Virus record (IMG/VR): IMGVR_UViG_3300042515_001753
Span: 62,001 to 126,000 of that record
DNA: 64,000 nt
Reading direction: 5' to 3' (one strand)
Part shown: in pieces, positions 34,933 through 44,600 of the stretch
Layout: each line of letters begins with the position of its first letter
How positions within the stretch are numbered: the first letter of the stretch is position 1
Made by a program: the position numbers and the translations under genes
Notes under the pieces: model-generated
Database searches by the model: none
Told to the model about the DNA's origin: nothing
The model's input: the letters and a program-made list of their open reading frames with translations, nothing else

Positions 34933-36339
34933 TCAATAAGAACCAAATGGATTAGATTCAGAAAAATCTAAAATAGATTCTGCTTCGGTTTGAATCTGCA
35001 AATTATCTCCGTAATTATCATAAGGATTCCAATTGCTATAAGTATTTACCGAATATTGAGCATTAGAAATTGATCCTGTAATTGTTTCACCAGGGAAAAA
35101 TCCATTAGGAGTTACATTATTAACAAAAGAAACTTTAAGAGTTTTTGTATCAAAATCCCAAGATTTAACTCTTGCTGTTGTACCAGAGTTAGATCCTGTT
35201 ACAATTTCGTTAAAGATATAGGTTCCAATTCCACTTAAAATTGGTGGTGCATCAATAACAACTTGAGGGGCAATAGTGTATCCTACTCCAGGATTTGTAA
35301 TACTTATAGAAGATACAGACTGAGCAGTTCCAACCACTGATGATATTGCAGTTGCAGTTACTCCAGAACCAACATTTCCTACAATACTTACATAAGGTGC
35401 CGTTGAATATCCAACTCCACCAGTCCATTGCAGATCTTGGTAGAGATCTATGGAAATAACACCAAACTGTGAGGTTTCAATTCCGCAGGTGGCAGCAGCA
35501 CCGACACCATTTCCAATAATTGAGATATTTGGAGCAACAGTATAACCAGTACCAGCATTAGTCAATACTATCTGTTTTATAGCGTAAAATCCAGATTTCA
35601 ATTCTGCAATTGCTTCTGCCGCCGCATTTGTTCCTCCCAAAGGTGCAGAAGATATGCCGATAGTTGGAGGAGAGGTATAACCATATCCATCATTATTCAA
35701 GGTTATTTCTCTAATATAACCAGTTCCAATGGTTGCTAATGCTGTTGCAGGTATTCCAAGTCCAATTAAATTCAACGTTGTTATATATCCTTCATCTTGA
35801 ATTTGAGTATCAATTTCATCAATAGAAGTGTCAATAACTTCATCCTCATACTCAAACAATTCACATCTTAACTCATAAACATATAATTTACCCAACTGAT
35901 AAAATGGTTGTTCGTGCTCTACAAATTTAACCTCAAATAATCTTTGTCCTAGGGGAAAATATACTAAATCTCCTTCTCTAGGTCTGGATGATAAAACAAT
36001 TTCTTCATCACTTTCTGTCTCTAAAAAAGGAGAAATAAAATCCTCAAACCTTTCTTTGGAAATAATTAAACTTAAATCATCCTTTAAACTCATTCCAAAT
36101 TTAGTAAGAATATCTCCTTGCCCACTATATCCCTCATAATTATTCACATATGCTTCTAGTGCAAAATTATCATCAAACTTAGATGATGAAATTTCTCTTA
36201 AAATGGTTTCTCTTCTTACAAATTTTCTAGGGATATAAATTACTTCTACCCCATAAATCCTCAACTGTTCGTTGATTAACTCTTGGACAAGTCTTTGTTC
36301 ATTTGGTGAACCTTGAAGAAAGAAAGGATTTAGTGCCAT
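34933..36339 (-). CDS. gp14: neck protein with inserted repeat modules
   Basis: EQRLVQELINEQLRIYG, RPREGDLVYFP, FYQLGKLYVYELRCELFEY; C-terminal DFSESNPFG; TATAAATA at 34922-34929 serves gp15. Confidence 0.92.
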   Translation of the reverse strand: MALNPFFLQGSPNEQRLVQELINEQLRIYGVEVIYIPRKFVRRETILREISSSKFDDNFALEAYVNNYEGYSGQGDILTKFGMSLKDDLSLIISKERFEDFISPFLETESDEEIVLSSRPREGDLVYFPLGQRLFEVKFVEHEQPFYQLGKLYVYELRCELFEYEDEVIDTSIDEIDTQIQDEGYITTLNLIGLGIPATALATIGTGYIREITLNNDGYGYTSPPTIGISSAPLGGTNAAAEAIAELKSGFYAIKQIVLTNAGTGYTVAPNISIIGNGVGAAATCGIETSQFGVISIDLYQDLQWTGGVGYSTAPYVSIVGNVGSGVTATAISSVVGTAQSVSSISITNPGVGYTIAPQVVIDAPPILSGIGTYIFNEIVTGSNSGTTARVKSWDFDTKTLKVSFVNNVTPNGFFPGETITGSISNAQYSVNTYSNWNPYDNYGDNLQIQTEAESILDFSESNPFGSY

Positions 36340-36341
36340 TA

Positions 36342-37184
36342 TTATCCAATAAAATCGTAGGGTGGTAATTCATAATCAAGAGCCATTCTTTGTTTTATAT
36401 CCGCCAATTCTCTTTCAGCATCTTCATATAATTCTCTACCATTCAGTTCAATTCCTCCGGGCAACTTGACTCCTCTAAATTTAATTAAATTTTGACCCCA
36501 CTGTCTTTTCATAGTGGCAGTTAAATATTTTTTCAAGAAACTATCATTATAAACATTAGTAAAGGTATTTGGATCTAAAATTCTATAACAATCAATTACC
36601 AAAAAATTACCTACTTGCTGCGCTCGCCAATCAATATCCAAATACATTCTATTTTGTCTTTTATTAAATCTAATTTGTTTATCCGTAGTTAGTAGAAAAT
36701 CAATATCTTCAAGATAAGATTTAACCATAGAGTATTGTAATAAATCAACGGAGTTAAAATAATATAAATCATTCAAAAATAACTGATATTTGATGCTGAA
36801 CATCCCACCAGAAATAGAACTGGTGTCAAACTTAAATATTTTTTCTATTCCAATTATGGAATCTGGTACTTGAATAAAATTTGATGTTTCGTAAAAATTA
36901 GAGGTTATAGTTCCCAATCCACTTACATTTGTTGATGTTCCAGTAGTTGTAACTATCCCAACACCATTGGTTGTGGCAGAACCTCTATTAATATCTGCCT
37001 GTGTCAATTGATATTTTAAATACATTCTTTCTACGCCATCAAAGTGCCTCTCCTGGAAGTACTGTAGGGCATCATCCACTAAATCATCTATTTGGTCATC
37101 GGCAAGGTTAATCTCCAGTACAGGAGCACCTAGGCGTCTTAGGCAATAGTCTATGAGATCTTGTCTACTTGCTGGTTTAGACAC
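36342..37184 (-). CDS. gp13: neck protein
   Basis: LIDYCLRRLGAPVLEINL.DDQIDDLVDDALQYF, KRQWGQNLIKF.GVKLPGGIELNG. Confidence 0.95.
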   Translation of the reverse strand: MSKPASRQDLIDYCLRRLGAPVLEINLADDQIDDLVDDALQYFQERHFDGVERMYLKYQLTQADINRGSATTNGVGIVTTTGTSTNVSGLGTITSNFYETSNFIQVPDSIIGIEKIFKFDTSSISGGMFSIKYQLFLNDLYYFNSVDLLQYSMVKSYLEDIDFLLTTDKQIRFNKRQNRMYLDIDWRAQQVGNFLVIDCYRILDPNTFTNVYNDSFLKKYLTATMKRQWGQNLIKFRGVKLPGGIELNGRELYEDAERELADIKQRMALDYELPPYDFIG

Positions 37185-37900
37185 TAATAGGTTCCTCCAT
37201 CTATAACACTAGACCAGGTTGGTATTCCTGAATTGTCAGTTGTAAGTATATAGTTAGTTTCTGATATTGCCGATGAAGTAGTACCGGTAGAAACTAACCG
37301 ATCATTTAAATCAAAATATGCAACACCATAAGGTTGTCCTATCGGATAATAAATTGATTGTCCTACTGTAAGGATTCCAGTAATATTTGCATTACGAGCA
37401 GTAAATTCATCAAATACTAAATCATCACTGATATAAAGATCGCCATCAATATAAACATTATTTTTAAAGGTTGTAACACCTACAAAAGTAGAGACACCGG
37501 AAACATAAAATTGGGATGCATTAACAATACCAAGTGTACTAATTCCGGTTGAATTAATATTAGTTAAAGTAGAGTTTACACTATTGAGTGTAATAATACT
37601 ACCAATTCCAGTTACGTTAATGTTACGAGCAGTAAATTCATCAAAGAAAATGTCATCATTAACATATAAATCACCATCAATATAAACATTATTTTTAAAA
37701 GTTGTAACACCTATAAATGTAGATAATCCACTAACGTTAAGAGATGTAACTGATGCTATGCCACCAATTACATTTTCTGCAGTAAAGGCAAGTCCACCAG
37801 CAGCTCCAGAAACGCTAGATACAACTTTAACTGTATTTTGCTGACCTACCCTAGATTTTATAGTATTTTGTTGTCCAACTTTTACTCTTATATCGGACAT
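37184..37900 (-). CDS. hypothetical fibre-like virion protein with an internal duplication
   Basis: Two copies of STF.GVTTFKNNVYIDGDLY..DD..FDEFTARN; C-terminal DGGTY. Confidence 0.75.
   Translation of the reverse strand: MSDIRVKVGQQNTIKSRVGQQNTVKVVSSVSGAAGGLAFTAENVIGGIASVTSLNVSGLSTFIGVTTFKNNVYIDGDLYVNDDIFFDEFTARNINVTGIGSIITLNSVNSTLTNINSTGISTLGIVNASQFYVSGVSTFVGVTTFKNNVYIDGDLYISDDLVFDEFTARNANITGILTVGQSIYYPIGQPYGVAYFDLNDRLVSTGTTSSAISETNYILTTDNSGIPTWSSVIDGGTY
37373..37730. repeat. intragenic direct repeat, about 127 nt, period 231 nt
   Basis: Copies at about 37373-37499 and 37604-37730; TTACGAGCAG anchors at 37392 and 37623. Confidence 0.85.
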
Positions 37901-38244
37901 TACCTAGTTACTCCTTCTCTTACGAGAACCATTCCTTCAATGACGCGATTTTTGATTTGAGAAACATCAGTAATTACAACATCATAAACATATCTTCCGG
38001 GTTTTATAGATAATGTTTCTTCGGACGATAATGATATTAATATTTTACCACTAGTAGATGGTTCTTCAATTGAAGATGTAAAAGTTATGGCTGTAGAACT
38101 ACCAGCCCACTTTCTCATCTGAGCATCAACTTCATAATTGTTCAAATTTAGTGGAGAATTGTTATCAGATCCCTCTAAAGTAAAGGACTGACTAAAATCA
38201 GAACCAGAATTGATGACTAAGTTATTAACGTATACTGCTGCCAT
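37900..38244 (-). CDS. small Ig-like virion protein (BppU N-terminal-like)
   Basis: NLVINSGSDFSQSFTL...LNLNNYEVDAQMRK...GRYVYDVVI...RVIEGMVLVREGVT; TATAAATA at 38268-38275. Confidence 0.7.
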   Translation of the reverse strand: MAAVYVNNLVINSGSDFSQSFTLEGSDNNSPLNLNNYEVDAQMRKWAGSSTAITFTSSIEEPSTSGKILISLSSEETLSIKPGRYVYDVVITDVSQIKNRVIEGMVLVREGVTR

Positions 38245-38270
38245 CTATCTTTTTTAGCTCTACAATTTAT

Positions 38271-38441
38271 TTATATCTTACTCATAGTTGCTAAAACTTC
38301 TTGCTGCCTTAAGTATAATTTGCAGTAAAGTTTTGAAAAATTTTTTAATTCCTCAACACTTAATTCGTCTATAAATCTAGAATGTTTTTCATATTCAAAC
38401 AATTTATTGATAGTTTTCAATTCAATATCATTCGGATCCAT
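38271..38441 (-). CDS. nblA: NblA-like phycobilisome degradation adaptor (56 aa)
   Basis: Not in the ORF track. MDPNDIELKTINKLFEYEKHSRFIDELSVEELKNFSKLYCKLYLRQQEVLATMSKI; keeps NblA spacing F-x11-(M/L)S-x4-K(D/N)F. Confidence 0.6.
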   Translation of the reverse strand: MDPNDIELKTINKLFEYEKHSRFIDELSVEELKNFSKLYCKLYLRQQEVLATMSKI

Positions 38442-38628
38442 TTAGCAATTCTCTCAATAAAGATTTAATTTCGCCAATATCTTGTTTAATCATATCCAAT
38501 TCTTTTTTTTGAGATTCTCTATTATTAACTATATTGAGATATTGATTATATGCGACAGAATCGCAATTAACAATAGCTCCGCTATTTTCATCCCTATAAA
38601 GATTTGTATGCCCCTTTACTCTAATCAT
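38428..38628 (-). CDS. conserved small hypothetical protein with C-terminal coiled coil
   Basis: MIRVKGHTNLYRDENSGAIVNCD...ELDMIKQDIGEIKSLLREL. Confidence 0.75.
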   Translation of the reverse strand: MIRVKGHTNLYRDENSGAIVNCDSVAYNQYLNIVNNRESQKKELDMIKQDIGEIKSLLRELLNGSE

Positions 38629-41600
38629 CTTACAGCAATCGTCCTAAGTTCTTTAATTCTTGGTGGATATGCCTGATTAGTTCCGGACATTACAATTTTA
38701 ATTACATATCCATTAAACAATCCAAGATTGTTTGCGGTAAATTCATATTCTTTGAATTGATTATCCAAACTAGAACTTACGAAAGAATCAGGTTTTCCGT
38801 TATTTAGAGAAGAATCAACTACCGAAAGTCCGGATGCCGTAGATGTAAGATTATCATAACCAGGAAATAGTTCAAATGATTGTTCAACTTCAGAAGAATC
38901 TGGTCTAGCCAAACTGTACAGAACTCTGAAATCAGCAGATTCGTGACGATATGCAGATAAAATAACTTTAAGAGAGGTTGCTGGTTGTACCAGATTTACT
39001 GCTCTTGAAACATACACTACTGCGTGTGGATCATCTAGTATGGAATTAGATCTTCCATCTAATGCATAATCGGAAACTGGACTATTTAGACGATTGGAAA
39101 TAAACTCGGTAAATGCAGTATCTAAAAATATTATGGGTGATATATTAGAATCTGTTGTACTTAGAGTTATTCCTGTTGTAAATGATTTATTTCTAGGTAA
39201 ATTATTAAGATATTCCGTTTCATTCTCTTTAGAACATACGAGTCTCACAGTTTTTAGTGTATTTAATGCATTCAACTGAACTGGTTCAAATCCATTATCC
39301 AAGAATGAAGTCTCATTTCCACTTACACTTGTTCCAGAAACAGATCTAATCACAGCGGAAACTGATGTCGAAGATCCTGGAGTAATGATGTCATATGTTG
39401 GCACCACGGAACTATAAAGAATATTTTCAGTTGCAAGAACTTTAGAACCTCCTAAGTTTGCTTCGGAGGTAAATTGCAGTTGGGGCATTCCTGCAGGAGA
39501 TCCATCACCACTTCTATCTACTCCATTTGCAGTTCTATCAATTTCCAAATAATAACCATCCAATCCGATATCTAAATCACTAATATCGTGAGTTGTATTA
39601 ATTCTGCGTAATGAAACTCCATTTAATTCATACTTATACATTAAACTATTGATACCATGATCAATTGAAATAGTAGAATCAATACCCCTGGTAATAGTAC
39701 CCAAGAATCCACTACCAATAGACTCATACTTAATTATTTCGTTTCCAATTTTTGCATATCCAGGATTAGATCCACTTACGGAAACTCCTTCAAAAGTTGC
39801 AAAGTTTGAAGTATCTCCAATTGCAACAGAAATTGTTGTTGATGTTGAGGTTAGAGATGAAGTAATTGTAACTGGTGCAGTACTAGATTCTGTATCATAA
39901 ACTCTAAGTTTATTTGTATTTCCATACATTCCGTGATCGAAATGTTCTACTCTTACATAATTTCCAGAATATTGATTAGTTGAAGGTGCAAAATTTCTAA
40001 TTACAGTACTTGCAAGAGAAACTATTGTATTGGAATTATCATAGTAATTTAATCCACCACCAACTGTAAAAGTATCCCCTTGAATATTTTCCAAGTATAG
40101 TGTATCCACTCCAGTAATTGATGAAATTGTAATTCTTGCATCACGTCCACGCACTGAAGTTCCAGTACCTACTGTAGAAGTTACAATACCAACAACATCT
40201 CCTACCGCATATCCATTTCCTAAATTTGCAGTTGTTATTCCAGTAATTGTTCCATTAGTGGCAGTAATATTCAACACAAGTCCAGAACCATTTCCAGTAA
40301 TATTATAAGTACTTACATTAGAATCCGTAACATAATTACTTCCACCCGTAGTTAATCCTACTGTTACCACTGCACTCCCTGTTCCACTTACATATCCATA
40401 AACATAATTCTTTGTTCCATCTACAATTTTTCTACCATTACTTAAATTTGAGATTACTGATGAATCTGTTGTTGTGGTAATTCCTAATGAACCAGTTCTG
40501 GGTAATGTTGTTAATGGATTATTTTCTAATGTCTGAACATATCCATTACTTTCATCCAATGTTGGATTATAGAAAAATGCTGTTCCTGGTTGATTTTCAA
40601 TAAATTGTGCCTTATAAAGTTTAAATTTAAGGTCCTGATATTGGTTTGCTGTCCATATGGATCCATTTTGGGATTTAAACAGACTTCCCATCGCAAACTG
40701 TTTTGAATAAGTGACGGCACTAACATCTGGAAGATCTTTTGTATTAACAGTTTTTTCTCCCATGACCGCAGTCCACATCTCATACTGATCACTATTTTCT
40801 GAAATAATTACAACAGCATATTCTCTCCCAGGTGGAAGATAAATTGGCTCATCAAAAGTAACTTTAGTGGCAATAGAAGCATCTGAAGAAACATTTACTT
40901 CACTTGGTCTTAATGTAACCGAATTTCCAATAACAATCCTTGTGGGTGTTCCCAGTTCTACAGTTCTTATTTCAACTTTTACCGTAGCATTTCCACTATC
41001 TTTTTTGGCAAAGAATAAATCAACGGCAGTTAAAAAGGCACCATTAGAATCATCAGTTGCCAATCCTTCTCTAGAAGAATCTGGAGCCTCTATATTTCCA
41101 CCAACAACAAAAGATTGTGCAAGAGGGTCTACAAATCTCTGGATAGTTGTTCTAGTATGAGTGTTTATCGTTGTTACTGAAGTTGTTGTATTTGTTGTAA
41201 GATTAGTGGATGTTTTTGTTGTTAGATTTTTAGTAGTTGCCGTAACAGTATTTTCCCACTGTTCAAGCGTACCATCAGAATTGAAGTTTGTTTCGGCAAC
41301 TGAAGTATCTGAACTTCCTGGAAGACCTGGATCGTTTGTTGAACTTGAACTCAACTTAAATGTTTTAGTTCCAGTAGAAATTCTTACAGTTGGAGTTGGG
41401 ATTGTATTTGGATTTCTTAAATAAAAGGTTCCAATCAAGTCTCCAAAATTATCAGAAATAAGTCTTAAATCACCAACAGTTGCCACAGCACCACTAGTCT
41501 GACCAACCAATTGCATACCCTTAAGTAAATATCCAGAATACTTTCCTTGAGCCTCTTCTGATAATGAAACAGTATCAATATTCAAAATTTTTGATGATTG

Positions 41601-44600
41601 ACTATATCCAGATGCTATGGATTCGGTTCTAATATATGGGTTAATTGTATATGTAGTGGATGGTGCATTATATGGACCATACTTATGATTTGGTGTTGCA
41701 ACTCTAAATGAAATTAAATTATTACCACCAAATGTTCCCACAACGGTTTCCCCAACCACAAATGCTTTAGATGGGTTTGATATTTCAATTAATTTTGGAA
41801 TAAAATCAACTCCACTATTTCCATCAAGAAACTGATAAAATTGTGTAGATGGTTTGATATTAGATGCAGAAAATTGAATATTTCTGGATCTCATAAATGA
41901 TTCCTTAGATGAAGATATTAATACATTTCTTATCGTTGTATCAGTATTGCTTGTGGTATCAAAATTTTCAGTTGTTGAAATAGTAGAAGTAGTATTAGTG
42001 GCAGTTGAGGACGTTACAGTATCAGTTGAGGACGTTACAGTTCTATTACCTCCTCCCCTTATAGTTGGCAAATTAACAGTTTTACTCGTTTGAGTATTAA
42101 TCGGTGTTAGAGTAACAAAAACATCACTTGTTAAATTGTTAGTAAGCGTTCTACTAGAATTTAATGTTATGTCAATATTTTTATCTGGAAGTTGAACTGT
42201 TCTCACCCAATTGTCAATTTCCGGACTTAACTTAATATCACCACTATAAACAATTACATTAAACGGATTTACATTTTCAACTGTTGTTGCAAATGCTTGT
42301 TCTATCCATCCAGTAGATTCATACTTTAAAGTTACTGCTTTTCCTGTTTTTACAACATTTGGATCTAGTAACTTAAAATTTTCCGAAAAATCTAAATTTT
42401 CATCAGTAACTGCAGATTCGGGTGCAATTTGTGATTTAAGTGAATTTCTACTAGTAATCGGTGTTATTTCATTTGTGGATGTATTAACTCTAATAGAAGA
42501 TAATCCCCTATTAATGAAGGAATAATTTTTAAAATCATCTACAAAAAATCCACTCTTAAATCTATTATTGCCATCAGCATCTTGAATTTGTAAAGTCTGC
42601 GTATTTACTTCAAGTAAAGACAATGAAGTAACTCTCTCTAAGTTTTCTACCCTATCTTCAATTAAACCAATATCTCTCATTGTATATCTTCTATTATCCT
42701 TTAATGTCACTACTGCATTTGCTGGATTATAAAGATATGGTGGTAATTTTATGGTTGCAATTTCCATTACCGCATCATTTTTATCTGGCGCCTTAGGGGT
42801 ATTTGAAGATATTCCTTTTTCTAGAATAAAGTTTTTATTCTTATCAAGATATAATTTATCAATTCTTGCTAAGTAATAATCGTAACCAAGTAGTGAACTT
42901 TCATTTGGTGATAAAATGCGTGTGGGTTCTAAAGTTCTTGATGAGAAATCAAATGGGGAAGAACTAGCTGAGGTAAAAATTGAAACTCTTGGTCTAAAAT
43001 CTAAAGTATCAGAAGATCTTACAGATCTTGGTCCAATGAAAGGAACATCATGTGTAAATCGGTCTTTGTCATAACTTAACACAGTAAATACATCGCCACT
43101 ATCATTAGAAGGAATCGAATAATAGTCAAATACAACTAAAAGTTGTTTTGATGGCTCTGTAGTGTTCTTATTCCTAACAATTTTAGAATAGTCGTAATAT
43201 TGATCTTTCTGCCCTTTATCAAGTCTATATGAATTGGTAATATCTTTATACTTTCCTGGAGTTATTGCTTCAATTTCTGTAGTTATATTTGATTCTTCGA
43301 ATGTAACAGTTTCCAAATCTTCAAATCTTTCTGAATTTAAATATACTACACTAAGAATATTGGAAGATGGACTTGAAACAACTCTTGCGATAGATTTACT
43401 ATTATTTCCTAAAATATTTTCACCAATAATAGCATTTGTCGATACATTAGCACTAGCGCCAAATTGTATCTGATCTAAGGTGGGTGCTGAAGAATCAAAT
43501 GACTCATAAACTGAAATAATTTTTACCACATCTGGGTAATTTAATGATATTTCCTCATCTTGAACTCTTAGTCCATAAAATTGATTGTATGTAAGACCAT
43601 CCCCAATTGAAGAACTAATACCAGTTCCTGATTGTGGATACTTCGATCTTGCTACAGTTAAAGTTTTACTTTTATTATATGTTTTTACTTTGCTTTGAAT
43701 TCCATTTTTAACTAATGTGACATTTACGACAACATTTGACTGAGAAGCGGACAATCCACTGATAGTTACCGTATTTCCACTCAAAACAAATTGATCCGAA
43801 GTTACAGATCCGATACTGCCATCATTATAGTGTACTGAGTATCTTTCTTCATCAAATGTTGTAAAAAATGCACTAGTAATACCAGCAACTGCTGACAAGT
43901 TAAATGTTAATACTCCATTAGAATCAGTAGTTTCTCCTGTTATTTGTTCAGAAATTGTTAGTAATGAATCTGAAAGATTTACTGAAGAAACATTAGGATC
44001 TGGTAACTGTGCATATAGGAATCCAGAATTCTCATTTCTTATTACTGGTGCTCCAATGAAAATATTATTATAAGTTCCGTTTGTAACTGAACCAGAATAT
44101 ATTCCAGAAACTCCAGGAGTTGTAGTAATAGTTAATGAAGTACCTTCAGGAGAAACTGCTGTTACTCTGTTAAATGACTCATCTCCTGTGGTAGTTTGAT
44201 ACCTAATAATTGAATTAACTTTTATGCCAGTGAAAAATTTTCCAGGACTTACTACAGTATTTCCTCCGCTGATAGTTACTTGAGTCACTCCATTTGGAAG
44301 TCTAAATCTTTCAAGAAAACAATCGGCGGTAAAATCTACTGGAAGACCAGATACTGCAGTTGTTTGTTTTACAGATTTAATATCTTCGGTTGAATATGCA
44401 GTTACGGTTTTGATAGTTCTTGGAAAATCAAGACCATTGATAATCAATTGTTCTCCAACTGAAAATGTTCCGGAAGTTTGTCTTAGGCTGATTGTATCAG
44501 ATGCTCCACCAGCAGAAACTGCATATCCACTAGCGCCGCTACTTTTTCCCCTTACAAATGATGTTGCTGGTAATTCTGTACTTGATATTGTGGAATTTAG

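Noticed and set aside
37373-37730. Repeat pair as a DGR template/variable region
   Set aside because: Many mismatches are at non-adenine and synonymous positions, both copies are in frame within one ORF, and no reverse transcriptase is in the window.
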